Shown piece after piece: positions 28,326 to 38,439 of a stretch of DNA of 64,000 bases. Each line of letters starts with the position of its first letter. The stretch's first letter is position 1. Made by a program: the position numbers and the translations under genes. Where the stretch lies: the IMG/VR virus record IMGVR_UViG_3300031525_000865; one strand, written 5' to 3'. The stretch comes from a virus. A model generated the notes under the pieces. The model ran no database searches. It saw nothing but the letters and a program-made list of their open reading frames with translations, and was not told the origin of the DNA.

Positions 28326-28685
28326 CTAGGGCGCGTAGGGCATGCCGGCAGGTCGGCCGAAGCGCGCCCACCACCAGTCGTACGATCCGCCCACGTGGCC
28401 AGCGGGCTGCCCGAATGGGGGCGATGCGGCGTCCGAGGCGTAGAAGTCGCCGACCACGTCGATGAGGACGGGCACGCCCAGGATCGATTCGCCCAGAAGG
28501 CGTCGCGCGATGGCGACGTGCTCCTGCCTCTGGACGCCAAGCCGAACGGCAGGTACGCAGACGCCGCCCGCGTCGACCCACGCCTCATTCAGGCAGCCGA
28601 GGCCGATGCCGCGTCCCCAAGGGGGACGGTTCAGGATCTGTCGAGCGATGTTCTTGGCGGCGCGTGCTTGCTGCTGGGTGGGCAT
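28326..28685 (-). CDS. hypothetical protein
   Basis: 119-aa ORF. Confidence 0.5.
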   Translation of the reverse strand: MPTQQQARAAKNIARQILNRPPWGRGIGLGCLNEAWVDAGGVCVPAVRLGVQRQEHVAIARRLLGESILGVPVLIDVVGDFYASDAASPPFGQPAGHVGGSYDWWWARFGRPAGMPYAP

Positions 28686-28688
28686 GGC

Positions 28689-29723
28689 TCAGTCTTCCTC
28701 GGCTTCGATCTCGTCGGGCTCCTCGATGGGATCGAGATCGGCGCCCGCGATGGCGGGCAACGCGCTGAGTGGCAGAGGGTTCTCGACGACGCGCAGCTGC
28801 TGGCGTCGGCCGCTGACCAGGCCCAGCTCACGCAGCGAACGCATGATGGAGGACGCGTTCTGGCGTTTGGAGGCGGGCGAGCGGCCGGTGGCGCCGATGG
28901 CGTCGGCGATCTCCATGAGCGAGGGTGAGCGTTTCTTGGTCTTCCAGCTTTTTCGGATGGCGTCCATGGCGCGCACGTGGCGGTCGCTGACGTAACGTCC
29001 GGCGACGACGTTGAGTTCACCGCGGGCCTCAGCGTCCCGGTCGCGCTGCCAGCGGTCCCACAGGCTGCGGATGGCGATGGCGTACTGGTCGTCGGTCACC
29101 GAGAGGTCGGCGATGTGCGGCAATTCCGGCACGTGCATGCGCGCGTCGTCGCTGTCCTCCTCCTCGCCGGTGGTCGAGTCGCTCATCTCCTCGGCGAGGG
29201 GGGACTGACCGTGACTCGACTGGTGCCCGGCGAAGCTGTGTAGTACTCGCGCTTGCGCACCGTCTTCGCTCAGCCGTGGATTGCGTAGCTTGTCGAGGCC
29301 GGCGGCTTCCACCTGGCGGATGCGCTCGCGGGTGAGGTTGATGTACGTGCCCGCCTGCTCCAGGGTGACGCTGCCTTCGTCGGTGACGTCGAGCACGCAG
29401 CTGCCGTTCTTGGGCATCTGTTCCGGCTCGCGGTCGGGGAAGTTGATGCGGATGTTGCCGGTGTCCTTGTTGACGTCCAGGTAGAGGTGGTGCTTGCAGC
29501 CTACGTAGGGGCACGGCCGGACGATGTCAGCGCAGTCGGCGCGCGTGAGAGGCCGCTCGTAGGGCTCGACATCTTCGCCCAGGAGTCGGAGGTGGACGAT
29601 CTCGGAGGCCTTGGCGGTCTTGGCGTTGCCGAGAGAACGAGCGCGAAGCTTGCGTCCGTTTTCATCTCGCGGTCGCCCATCGGGAGGGTGCATGGCCAGC
29701 CGATGGGTGATGAGTTGAGGCAT
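28689..29723 (-). CDS. Cys/His + sigma70 region-4 HTH DNA-binding protein (myxobacterial type) fused to a C-terminal LexA-like winged HTH
   Basis: [20 protein letters not shown]...[18 protein letters not shown]; C-terminal [12 protein letters not shown]...SLRELGLV. Confidence 0.7.
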   Translation of the reverse strand: MPQLITHRLAMHPPDGRPRDENGRKLRARSLGNAKTAKASEIVHLRLLGEDVEPYERPLTRADCADIVRPCPYVGCKHHLYLDVNKDTGNIRINFPDREPEQMPKNGSCVLDVTDEGSVTLEQAGTYINLTRERIRQVEAAGLDKLRNPRLSEDGAQARVLHSFAGHQSSHGQSPLAEEMSDSTTGEEEDSDDARMHVPELPHIADLSVTDDQYAIAIRSLWDRWQRDRDAEARGELNVVAGRYVSDRHVRAMDAIRKSWKTKKRSPSLMEIADAIGATGRSPASKRQNASSIMRSLRELGLVSGRRQQLRVVENPLPLSALPAIAGADLDPIEEPDEIEAEED

Positions 29724-29774
29724 GACCGTTCTCGCTCTTTGCCGGACATCATCGCACGAAAACGACCGAGTTCA

Positions 29775-30605
29775 CTACGATTTGGATCCGTGTCGGATCT
29801 GTGTCTCTTCGACGAGCGCGGCGAAGATCTTACGCAGATCTGCGTACAGCTCTTTTTCGATCTGGCGAACCCGCTCCCGGGTGAAACCGACGAGGTCGCC
29901 GACGTCCCTCAACGTGCGGCCTTCCAGGAGGCGTTCGCGGAGGATGACACGCCGCGTGAACGGCAGGGTGGAGCCATAGTTGGCGATGAGGGAACGGCAG
30001 TAGGCGAGCTTCTTCTCGTCGCCAAGGACTTCCTCGACCGAGATGTCGGCCGAGGCGAGGACGTCGTGCAGCGTCAGATCGGGTGAGAAGTCGAGCGGCT
30101 TGTCCATGGAGGACGGGCTGGCGTGAATTGACTCGGCGGCCAGCAGCGTGGAATGCGACATGCCGTGGCTCTTGGCGACGGCGTCATCCTCTGCCTGGGC
30201 GCTCAGGTGTTTCTTCGCCAGGTCTTCCCGGTCCCGTTGGTACCGGTGAGTCCAGGCTTTCGACAGGATCTCGATGGGGCCCGAGACGCGGATGACGGTC
30301 TGGACGAGCAGCTCCTTCATGCGGAGTCGCACCCAGTAGCGCGCGTAGGTGAGGAAGGAGGATCCGCGCTCCGCGTCGAATTTCTTGAGCGCCTGCAGGA
30401 GACCGATGACGCCCACGGCGACGTAGTCGTTCAGTTCGAGGAGGGGTGTCTTGCGTACGAAGCGCCTGGCCTGGGTTCCGATGAACCCCAGGTTGCTCTC
30501 GACGAGCAGGTGCCTGGCGTGTTCGTCGCCGTTCTGGGCGCGCACGGCGAGATCGATCTGCTCTTGCTGCGGCAGGTGCTTTGGTTTGCGATTCGGGCGC
30601 TTCAC
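29775..30605 (-). CDS. sigma70-family RNA polymerase sigma factor; start uncertain
   Basis: LVESNLGFI, GVIGLLQALKKFDAERGSSFLTYARYWVR (region 2), TLRDVGDLVGFTRERVRQIE (region 4). Confidence 0.88.
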   Translation of the reverse strand: MKRPNRKPKHLPQQEQIDLAVRAQNGDEHARHLLVESNLGFIGTQARRFVRKTPLLELNDYVAVGVIGLLQALKKFDAERGSSFLTYARYWVRLRMKELLVQTVIRVSGPIEILSKAWTHRYQRDREDLAKKHLSAQAEDDAVAKSHGMSHSTLLAAESIHASPSSMDKPLDFSPDLTLHDVLASADISVEEVLGDEKKLAYCRSLIANYGSTLPFTRRVILRERLLEGRTLRDVGDLVGFTRERVRQIEKELYADLRKIFAALVEETQIRHGSKS

Positions 30606-30738
30606 GGACGAAAGCAAGCGTAGTCGGTCGGGACGCGGAGCGTACTGGCTGCGGGTAGCGACTGTCACGAACGCGTCACAAGTGAACTTTCGCACGCGAG
30701 GCCTGCAAGAACAGCCTTCCTGGCGCACATGACAGAGC

Positions 30739-30954
30739 ATGGAACCTCCGAAATGCCGTCAGTGCAAGGCGAAACTCCGGCCAAACAAGAGGAGCGCTTC
30801 GCGGACCGTTCAGACGCCCAACTTGGTTGGTTCTCTCGACACGAAGACGGTGACGGTCGATGAGCCGGACGGTACGTACGGGCACAACGACGCCTTCTGC
30901 ACGATCATGTGCGGGTACTGGTACGGCATACGCTGCGCCAAGGAGCACGGGTAG
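30739..30954 (+). CDS. small Zn-binding protein
   Basis: CRQC...FCTIMC. Confidence 0.55.
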   Translation: MEPPKCRQCKAKLRPNKRSASRTVQTPNLVGSLDTKTVTVDEPDGTYGHNDAFCTIMCGYWYGIRCAKEHG

Positions 30955-31068
30955 CCGCGCCATGTTTGCCAAGGCGCCGTGTGGGACGAGGAGCGAATGT
31001 CGGCCGTGGCGTCGGTGGCTCTCGACGCGAGCTGACGCAGCGCGGCCGGAGCGGTCACCACAAGATCC

Positions 31069-31098
31069 TTGCGCATGTGTTAGACCGCGTGTTATAAC
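31069..31098 (+). promoter_or_regulatory. TTGCGC-18-TATAAC promoter, variant box
   Basis: TTGCGCATGTGTTAGACCGCGTGTTATAAC. Confidence 0.75.
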
Positions 31099-31161
31099 CG
31101 AATCTCTTTCGCGAAAGGCGGCCGAACCATGGGGGCCGCGAGAGGAGCCGGTCGCCGGTCG

Positions 31162-32076
31162 ATGGCAACGAAGCAGAAGTCCAGCAAGTCGAGCGTCGTG
31201 GCCCTGGGGGCCAACGGCAAGGGAGACAGGTTTCACTTCGACCCGGAGAAGCTCACGATCGTCAAGGACGAAGAGTCCCCGATCTTCGACGACCGCGGGC
31301 TGACTCCGGCCCAGGAGCGCCTGGTCAAGAGCATCATGCACTTCGGGGTGATCAAGCCGATCATCATCCACAAGAACCCGGAGACGGGCGACATCGAGGT
31401 GGTCGACGGGCGCAAGCGCACGCTGGCGTGTCGGGAGGCCAACCGGCGTCTCGTGGCGGCCGGACAGGAGCCGAAGGAGATCGACGCGATCGTGAGGCGC
31501 GGCGACGACGACACGCTCATGGGCGTGATGATCGCCGCGAACATCTACGAGCCCGAGACGTTCATGAACCGCGCGAAGAAGATGCAGGCCTACCTGGGTC
31601 GCGGGATGACCGAGGAGCAGACGAGCGTCACCTTCGGTTGCTCGGTTGCGGTCGTGAAGAGCACGGTCGCCGTCCTGGACGCGACGGCAGCGGTGAGGCA
31701 GGCGGCGGAGCGCGAGCAGATCAGCCTGACCGAGGCGGGTCGTCTGGCGAAGATGGAGCCCGAGGAGCAGCGCAAGAAGCTGGCGAAGCTCCTGGTGGAG
31801 GCGCCGCGCGCGAAGGGCAAGACGCGTCGCCAGGACAGCGCGAGGGCGAGGGAGATCCTGGGTGGGGGCGAGCCCGTCGCCCGCAAGAAGTCGGAGCTGA
31901 CCGAAAAGCTCAAGGAGATGGAAGCGACGGGTGCGCGGGGCGATCGCGCCGTCCTGGCGCTTCGCTGGGCTCTGGGGCAGGTGGCCACGCTCGATCCCGC
32001 GACCGAGGCGGACGTGGGTCCGGAGGGCGAGGCAGCGTCCTCCACGCCCGCTCTGCGGGTGGCTGGCACGGGATGA
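31162..32076 (+). CDS. ParB-like protein
   Basis: LVKSIMHFGVIKPIII...VVDGRKRTLAC; downstream HTH and ISLTEA region. Confidence 0.8.
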   Translation: MATKQKSSKSSVVALGANGKGDRFHFDPEKLTIVKDEESPIFDDRGLTPAQERLVKSIMHFGVIKPIIIHKNPETGDIEVVDGRKRTLACREANRRLVAAGQEPKEIDAIVRRGDDDTLMGVMIAANIYEPETFMNRAKKMQAYLGRGMTEEQTSVTFGCSVAVVKSTVAVLDATAAVRQAAEREQISLTEAGRLAKMEPEEQRKKLAKLLVEAPRAKGKTRRQDSARAREILGGGEPVARKKSELTEKLKEMEATGARGDRAVLALRWALGQVATLDPATEADVGPEGEAASSTPALRVAGTG

Positions 32077-32264
32077 CCTGGACGACGAAAGAAGCACGAG
32101 CGTGGGTCGCGCACCAGGCGGCTGCGTTCGTGCGTCGCGAGCTGGAGGAGGATGCGCGGTGGCTCACGCATGACGCGAACGACACGCCGCTCGACGAGTT
32201 TGCGGTGCGCCGGGTGCGTCGAGCCGCCAGCGACTTCGTGAAGAAGAATACGCTCGATATCTGA
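32073..32264 (+). CDS. hypothetical protein
   Basis: ATGA overlap. Confidence 0.5.
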   Translation: MTWTTKEARAWVAHQAAAFVRRELEEDARWLTHDANDTPLDEFAVRRVRRAASDFVKKNTLDI

Positions 32265-32265
32265 G

Positions 32266-32550
32266 TCAGCCCGGCGCGACGTCGCCGCTGGTGATGTTGA
32301 CGTGCCAGCCGCAGCTGGGGTGGCGTGGGCCGTGCGTGTGGAAGTGGATGCTTGGGACCAGCGTGAGCGCGTGGAGATCGGGTACGTCGCCAGGCGACGT
32401 CCACGTCCAAACGCCTTCCTGCCGTTCTCCGCGGTGAAAGAGAACGTGGATCCGATACGGATGACCGCAGCGGGCGCAGTCGAACGCCAGGAGGTACCGA
32501 TCGGTGCCTTGGATGCGGGTGCATTCAGGACGGAGACTGATCAGCTTCAT
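32266..32550 (-). CDS. DUF6527-like Cys/His protein
   Basis: CARCGH...LTLVPSIH......CGWH.NI..G. Confidence 0.55.
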   Translation of the reverse strand: MKLISLRPECTRIQGTDRYLLAFDCARCGHPYRIHVLFHRGERQEGVWTWTSPGDVPDLHALTLVPSIHFHTHGPRHPSCGWHVNITSGDVAPG

Positions 32551-32743
32551 CGGTCGCGACGGTGGTGAGAGCGCGATGCTCTTCGATCTCGTCGTCGCGG
32601 CGGCGGGCAGCCAGGGCGTGGCGGTCGATCTCTTCCTGGGTGCCGGTAGTGCACCGAATGGACCAGTCCGCCTTTCGACCGCGCCCGAAGGATCCACGCA
32701 TTTCGCATGGGGAGCGACTGTACCATACCTTTTTTAGGCCCAC

Positions 32744-32772
32744 TTGCGCACGTGTCCGACAAGTTGTATAAC
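32744..32772 (+). promoter_or_regulatory. TTGCGC-17-TATAAC promoter with GTCCGAC-N5-GTATAAC box
   Basis: ATG 6 nt downstream (leaderless). Confidence 0.82.
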
Positions 32773-32778
32773 AACGGC

Positions 32779-33267
32779 ATGATAGTCGCGCGCGCCAACA
32801 GTGGACCACTCCTTCTCCTCGTCGACGACAGCGAGATGATCCGTCGCACGGTTCGCCGCCAGCTCCGAGACGGCCTCATGGACGGCGGTCCAGCGGAGGA
32901 GCGGCGGAGAAGCTTGGCGGCGCAGGAGGACGGCCCGGCACTCTTCCACACGGAGTTCATCGAGGCTGCCGACGGAAAGGAGGCTCTTCGCATCCTGACC
33001 GGCCGCGCGCAGGCTTGCCTGTCGCTCCCGGATCTTATCATCTCGGATCTCGACATGGCTCCCGGGATGGGCGGTGAGGAGTTCATCGGCGAGATCCGGG
33101 CGCTCCCGTCGCTGCGCGCGATCCCGGTGGTTCTGTGCTCGGGCGAGCATGACGTGCACGAGAGAGCTGCCAGGTTGGAGGTGCTGTCCTTCCGGAAGGG
33201 CGACAACCCTCGTGGGCTCCTCGGCATCGTTCGCGCCGCGTTGAAGGCGCTGTCGGTGGTAGCCTGA
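32779..33267 (+). CDS. single-domain CheY-like response regulator
   Basis: LLLVDDS, PDLIISDLDM (phospho-Asp), PVVLCSG, FRKG. Confidence 0.85.
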   Translation: MIVARANSGPLLLLVDDSEMIRRTVRRQLRDGLMDGGPAEERRRSLAAQEDGPALFHTEFIEAADGKEALRILTGRAQACLSLPDLIISDLDMAPGMGGEEFIGEIRALPSLRAIPVVLCSGEHDVHERAARLEVLSFRKGDNPRGLLGIVRAALKALSVVA

Positions 33268-33277
33268 GAGGCGCCGC

Positions 33278-33553
33278 ATGAGCGCCGTCAGCCCCTTCAT
33301 CGTGTACGCGATGCCCGCTCCCGATTCGGCGCGGCAGATGCGTCCGGTCAATCCAATGCGTGACGAGCGGATGTCGGAGGCCTTCGAGCGCAAGGCCTCG
33401 GAGGGAGAGCTGGCCGTCATCATGCAAGGCGGCAAGTACCTGGGACGCGTGCTCGCGCGTGACGAGGTGCATGCGAAGGAAGAGGCGATGCAGTGTTGGC
33501 CTCGCGAGCCGCGCTTTTACATCGAGTCGGTCGAGAGAGGAGCGTCCCCGTGA
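33278..33553 (+). CDS. hypothetical protein
   Basis: 91-aa ORF with GAGG SD. Confidence 0.55.
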   Translation: MSAVSPFIVYAMPAPDSARQMRPVNPMRDERMSEAFERKASEGELAVIMQGGKYLGRVLARDEVHAKEEAMQCWPREPRFYIESVERGASP

Positions 33554-33975
33554 ACCGTAAGGAAGCCCAGCTTCTGGTGGGCAAGTCGGTCTCGGCCTGG
33601 ACGGCCATGAACGGCGTCTACGTGGGGCGACTGGTGTCGATCTCGGGCAGTCCGTGGCGCGGTACCGTGGCGATCACGGGCGTCGTCCAGCCGGTGGCGA
33701 TCGAGCTGTCGCGCGGCGACCGTCAACGAAAAGGGTTTCGGCCTGGGGACACCATCGAGGTGGGTGGCTCCAGCATCCAGCCGGTAGAGAACGACTTCGT
33801 CGGCCACCGCACCTACCTGGACGCGCTCGTTGCGGCGGAGGAGTCGTTGCGGTCGAATCTCGAACACCCGGCGGCCGCGAGCGATCGGAATCGAGGCACG
33901 CTCGAACGGGTGCTGGAGTACCGGCGCAAGCAGATTGCTCAGGAGCGCGGTCCACGGCACGCGGACTCGCGGTAG
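33550..33975 (+). CDS. hypothetical protein, SH3-like N-terminus
   Basis: GTGA overlap; beta-rich N-terminal half. Confidence 0.55.
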   Translation: MNRKEAQLLVGKSVSAWTAMNGVYVGRLVSISGSPWRGTVAITGVVQPVAIELSRGDRQRKGFRPGDTIEVGGSSIQPVENDFVGHRTYLDALVAAEESLRSNLEHPAAASDRNRGTLERVLEYRRKQIAQERGPRHADSR

Positions 33976-34020
33976 GGAATCTTGCTGGGCGTGGAACCTT
34001 CACGTATCATCGGAGACGAG

Positions 34021-34485
34021 ATGTCTACCAAGAAGCGTACGAGTCGCCGCGCGTCCAGTCGTCGGGGCAAGTCGCGCAGCGGCAACGCGTCCCGGATCGT
34101 GCAGGGCACGTACAACCCGGGCATGAACCCGTTCCAGCCGCCGCCGGAACTTCGTTTCAGCAGCCAGTGGAAGCTGGGGGATGCCGGGGCGGTCTACGAA
34201 TTCTACGCGAAGATCATGCGCATCGAGGCGGACATCTCCGAGGACGACTGGGAGCACGAAGCTCGGATGGCGTTCAAGGAGTTCGAGCAGAAGCTTCGCA
34301 AGAAGTACCCGTGGGTTGGGCGCGTCTACTTCACCGGTCGCAGCGGCGGCTGGATCGCGGTCGATGATCCGCAGGGCAAGATGACGGAGTCCAGGCTGCT
34401 GGCGATCTCGAAGATGGTGCAGTCGGCTCTGGCGCAATTCAAGAAGGACATCGTGCGGGCGTACCCAAGGCGCTCGAAGCGCTGA
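34021..34485 (+). CDS. protein with Arg/Ser-rich N-terminal tag
   Basis: MSTKKRTSRRASSRRGKSRSGNASR; GGAG SD. Confidence 0.75.
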   Translation: MSTKKRTSRRASSRRGKSRSGNASRIVQGTYNPGMNPFQPPPELRFSSQWKLGDAGAVYEFYAKIMRIEADISEDDWEHEARMAFKEFEQKLRKKYPWVGRVYFTGRSGGWIAVDDPQGKMTESRLLAISKMVQSALAQFKKDIVRAYPRRSKR

Positions 34486-34502
34486 ATCCAGGGTCGCGCG
34501 CC

Positions 34503-35348
34503 ATGAGCACGACGACCACGCGCTCACTCGGCCACTGCCAGGTGTACGGGCACGAGCAGAAGATCGTGCGTGGGCGCCTGGTGCGTCATGGCTACCGGCG
34601 TCCGGGTCACGGCCAGATCCATGGGCGCTGCAAGGGCACGGACGCGTCTCCGTACGAGGTGTCCTGCGACAGGCTCCGCCAGCTGCGCGAGGATCGTCAG
34701 GAGGCGCTGGCGGATCACGAGAGCTACCTCACGAAGATCAAGCGCGGTCAGGTGGCGAGTTTCACGCAGCTGGTGAGGACGAAGAAGGGCATGGAGCAGA
34801 AGGAGTACAGCGCGAGGGCGATGGATCCGGTGGCGTTTCAGCACGCGCTGGATGTCCTACGCAGCAGCGTCGAGCGCGAGATCGCCAGCGACCGCAACGA
34901 CATCGTGTCCATGACCATGCGCATCGACGCGTGGCGTCCAAGGGATGTGCGCACGGTGAGCGAGCACGAGCAGGAGCGCCGGACGACGGAGGAGAGGGAG
35001 GAGCGCGTCCGTCTCAAGCAAGAGCAGGAGGCTCAGCGCACGTCGCGCGCCGTCGAGGCGGAGGGAAAGCGTGTGACGACGGAGGCGCGCCGAGTCGTCG
35101 AGGCGGCCGACATCCTCCAGCAGCTTCGAGAGCTGGCGGCGAGGCCCGATCATCAGGGCGAGGCGGTTCGCGGGCAGGCGTCGCGTCTGATGAAGAAGTT
35201 GCGGACGCCGCGCTACTACTGGTTCTGGAGCATGAACGTCGATCGCGATCCGGCGTTCAACGAGGCGCTACTCCGGCTTGGGCTTGCAGAGATCCGCGAT
35301 CACGCCGAGTACGGCGGCAAGGGCACGTACGTGCACTGGCTGTTCTAG
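34503..35348 (+). CDS. hypothetical protein with C..HG..C..P(Y/F)EVS domain; paralog of 47072..48232
   Basis: GHCQVYG...RHGYRRPGHG..GRCKG...PYEVS. Confidence 0.7.
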   Translation: MSTTTTRSLGHCQVYGHEQKIVRGRLVRHGYRRPGHGQIHGRCKGTDASPYEVSCDRLRQLREDRQEALADHESYLTKIKRGQVASFTQLVRTKKGMEQKEYSARAMDPVAFQHALDVLRSSVEREIASDRNDIVSMTMRIDAWRPRDVRTVSEHEQERRTTEEREERVRLKQEQEAQRTSRAVEAEGKRVTTEARRVVEAADILQQLRELAARPDHQGEAVRGQASRLMKKLRTPRYYWFWSMNVDRDPAFNEALLRLGLAEIRDHAEYGGKGTYVHWLF

Positions 35349-36145
35349 CGGTACTGGGGCGTTGGCGAGCCCGTGGCGGGCGTCCACTGGGTTTCGGTGC
35401 GGAGCATGGCGTTCTCGTACTCGGCGCCCCAGTTTCCGGTGGGGGCGTGCTGGCCGGGCTGCAGACCCCAGCCTGGGCTGGTTTGTTGGTCGGCGATGGT
35501 CTTGTGGTCAGCCGCTTGCTGCGCCTGCTGCTTGTGCATGGCGGCTGCGATGACGTCGAGGAGCCCGGATGCGGAAGCATCGGGCGGTCCGGGGGGCGTG
35601 GCCTGCACGGAGGCGGTTACGTTCAGGTGCGGGGCGATGGTCTGCGCGATGGTCTGGATGGGATCGCCCCGCATGGCGCCCTCGGCGATCTGGGCAGCGA
35701 CGTGCGGCATGCCGCTCTGGATGGCCAGGTGCGCCGCCGACTGCAGACCTTCTGGGAGGTTCGGCAGGTGGAGATGAAGGTGGTGGTGATGCGGATGCTC
35801 GGGGCGACCGGGCGTGGCTCCCGGTGGTGGCGGCGTGGGCCTGGGAGGCGGTGGGGCTGGCCGGTGGGTGCGTTTCCATGTCTCCAGCCAGCCCGGGGGG
35901 GCGTGGTCGAGGTCGACGGCCGACACGTGGCTGGTGGGACCGATGGGACGCGGCGCCGCCGGAGACATGACGAACGGCGCCTCCAGTCTCTCGCCTGGAA
36001 TAGGCACGGGGCCCTCCGTGTAGGTGGGCGCGTACTGCGGCGGGAGCGGCGGCGGCGGCGCCTGGCCCGAGACGTGGGCCTGGGAGCGGTCGCGTGTGAA
36101 CAGGAGGATCCCCAGACCGATGCCGACGAAGACCAGAGGGCCCAT
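35345..36145 (-). CDS. membrane-anchored Pro/His-rich protein, leaderless
   Basis: MGPLVFVGIGLGILLF; TACACT 7 nt before the ATG. Confidence 0.7.
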   Translation of the reverse strand: MGPLVFVGIGLGILLFTRDRSQAHVSGQAPPPPLPPQYAPTYTEGPVPIPGERLEAPFVMSPAAPRPIGPTSHVSAVDLDHAPPGWLETWKRTHRPAPPPPRPTPPPPGATPGRPEHPHHHHLHLHLPNLPEGLQSAAHLAIQSGMPHVAAQIAEGAMRGDPIQTIAQTIAPHLNVTASVQATPPGPPDASASGLLDVIAAAMHKQQAQQAADHKTIADQQTSPGWGLQPGQHAPTGNWGAEYENAMLRTETQWTPATGSPTPQYR

Positions 36146-36229
36146 GCGTGTGAGTGTAGCCGAGGTCCATCCGAAATGGAAAAAGTCGACTCTTGTGAGG
36201 CCGAACGCGTGTGATACGGTTCGTCGGAC

Positions 36230-37321
36230 ATGATGAACGATCCGAGTCCTGTCCAGGTTCCTGCAGCAGTGAACGGCGCGTCCCACATAGCCGCGGTTAC
36301 CGCCGAGCCCATCGCAACACCGACGACACCTTCGTGGAAGGCTCCGCTCTCGATGGTCTGGGAGAAGGTCGAGAACGAGTCTGGTGTCGACGGGGAGATG
36401 ACGATCCTCTGGAACGCGAAGACGCAGCGGATCAGTGCGGGCAAGGAAGCTTTCGTGCACAACGGCGTGCCTACGACGTCGTGCAGCGCGGCGGTTGTGA
36501 GGCTGCTCTTGGCGGCCTCGGCACCCACTGTGGCGTGGCGGCCGGTGGGGAGCGAATCGGACGTGCGCGTGGCGGAGTTTCACGCCGCCATCATGGAGAT
36601 GTTCCTGGACATGGCGTTCCTATCGCACGAGCGTCAGCTTCCGCCCGAGAACATCCCCAGCCAGATCGCCGAGGCGAGCGACTGGCTGGTGACGACGATG
36701 CAGCCGTTCCCGTCGACCGCGCGCGACGCGGTGGCGCAGCTGATGTCGGCGATGGACGACCAGGCGCTGGCGCGCCTCTCGCCGCTCTTCTTTGCCCGGC
36801 GCAAGATCGACAAGCGCGGATTCGATCCGGACGCATCGGTGTCGTTCAAGTTCGCGGTGAGCGACTCGATCGATGGCATGGCGGGGCTGCAGGGCATCAT
36901 CTCGACGCAGCTGGGGCGGTTGCGGGAGATGGCGATCCGGCCCAAAGATCTGTCCGAGCTGACGAACGACGAGCTGATCTTGCGGGCGTTCGCGCAGCCG
37001 GACGAGGCGACGCAGATCCTGGCGCGCGACGAGGTGATCGCGCGGCTTCGCCGCATGGATGCGCTGGGCCCGCAGTCCAACCAGTCTGCGGTGCAGCAGC
37101 TTGGCGACATGGCCCGGCTGATCGCTCACCTCTACCACCTGGTCAAGCCGGCCTGCCGTCTGTGCGGGCGCGCGGCGACAGCGTACGTGAATGCCTCAGG
37201 TGGGGCGCTCTACGCGTGTGATGGTCATCGCGGACCGGCGGCGCAGGATCTACCCAGCGCGGGTGTCGTGCGCGCGGCGGCGTTCATTGCGGGGCAGGCC
37301 GACCAGCTGAGAAGCGCATGA
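36230..37321 (+). CDS. hypothetical protein with a C-terminal Zn-finger
   Basis: 363 aa; CRLC...YACDGH. Confidence 0.7.
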   Translation: MMNDPSPVQVPAAVNGASHIAAVTAEPIATPTTPSWKAPLSMVWEKVENESGVDGEMTILWNAKTQRISAGKEAFVHNGVPTTSCSAAVVRLLLAASAPTVAWRPVGSESDVRVAEFHAAIMEMFLDMAFLSHERQLPPENIPSQIAEASDWLVTTMQPFPSTARDAVAQLMSAMDDQALARLSPLFFARRKIDKRGFDPDASVSFKFAVSDSIDGMAGLQGIISTQLGRLREMAIRPKDLSELTNDELILRAFAQPDEATQILARDEVIARLRRMDALGPQSNQSAVQQLGDMARLIAHLYHLVKPACRLCGRAATAYVNASGGALYACDGHRGPAAQDLPSAGVVRAAAFIAGQADQLRSA

Positions 37322-37382
37322 TAGTCGTCTGAGAGCCGCCTGAGTTCGCCTGCCCTGCGGTTCAGGGGCAGCCACCAGCCTG

Positions 37383-38075
37383 ATGGGCTATGCTGTTCTG
37401 GTGGCGGACGTGAATTTCCTCCAGCAGCTCCAGCAGATTGGTAGCGCGCTAGGTCCGCTCGCCGCGGGAGGTGTGGGTCTTCTCCTTCGCGCCGTGAAGC
37501 AGGTGGCCACGGGAGTGGACGAGGCGAAGAAGGCGGCGTCGACGGCCGCGACGGCTTCGCTAGATGCGGAGAAGGCATCCAAAACGGCGGTGAACAGCTT
37601 CGAAACTGTGAGCCGCGCGATGCGGATGGAACTCGACGGCTTCAAGCAGGATGTCGAACAGAAGTTGCGGATGGGGATCGACGGCGTGCCGCCCGTGCTG
37701 GCTACAGCCCTCGCTCGTTTTCGCCGTGACGTCGTGGAATCGCTGGAGGAGCGCCTGGCGACGATGGAGCTAAATCTACGCAATCTCGACAGGATGCGCC
37801 GTAGTAGTCGACCCGAATTCAGCGAGGAAGAAGAAACAACCGGTCGCTACCGTGGACTTAGTAGTACTCTTGCACAAGAGCAAGGCGAACGTCGCGCGCT
37901 GCAGGGGACCCTCAGCGAGCACATGAAGGACGAGGCGCAGCGATGGATGACACTCGAAAGAACTCTGGGCCGGTTCGAGGGTCTGATTGGGATCTGGGAG
38001 AACGACCGGAAGGGGATCGAGGCTCAGATCCAGACGCTGAGGCAGGAGCTTCAGTCGTGGACTCGGAACCAGTGA
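37383..38075 (+). CDS. N-terminal TM plus coiled-coil protein; start may be the GTG near 37401
   Basis: hydrophobic segment ALGPLAAGGVGLLL followed by heptad-rich helices. Confidence 0.65.
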   Translation: MGYAVLVADVNFLQQLQQIGSALGPLAAGGVGLLLRAVKQVATGVDEAKKAASTAATASLDAEKASKTAVNSFETVSRAMRMELDGFKQDVEQKLRMGIDGVPPVLATALARFRRDVVESLEERLATMELNLRNLDRMRRSSRPEFSEEEETTGRYRGLSSTLAQEQGERRALQGTLSEHMKDEAQRWMTLERTLGRFEGLIGIWENDRKGIEAQIQTLRQELQSWTRNQ

Positions 38076-38196
38076 GTGAGGCGCGCGAGGTCGCGCAGCT
38101 CGCGGCCGAGTTGAGTGCGATCCAGAAACGCACGGTGGAAACGGCCGAGCGGCTGATGGACCGTCTGTCGACACCTCCGCCCCCGTTCCTGGCGCG

Positions 38197-38439
38197 ATGA
38201 CCAAGGTCGAGATCGCACTGCTCAATTCCGAGTGGGTGGAGCACGTTAGCCTTGCCGGGGTGCAGTGGATCTGTCCCAGCTGCGGGGCGAGCCGCGAGCG
38301 CGACGCAGAGCACGCCATGAACTGCGAGCACGACCTGGGCTTGGCCGAGCTAGGGATCTCGACGCAGAAGGAGCGGGACATGTTTCGTGCGCAGATTGCC
38401 AGTGCTGCGCGCGTAACGGATCCCCCGGCGGAAGACTGA
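38197..38439 (+). CDS. small Zn-ribbon protein
   Basis: WICPSCG...HAMNC. Confidence 0.55.
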   Translation: MTKVEIALLNSEWVEHVSLAGVQWICPSCGASRERDAEHAMNCEHDLGLAELGISTQKERDMFRAQIASAARVTDPPAED

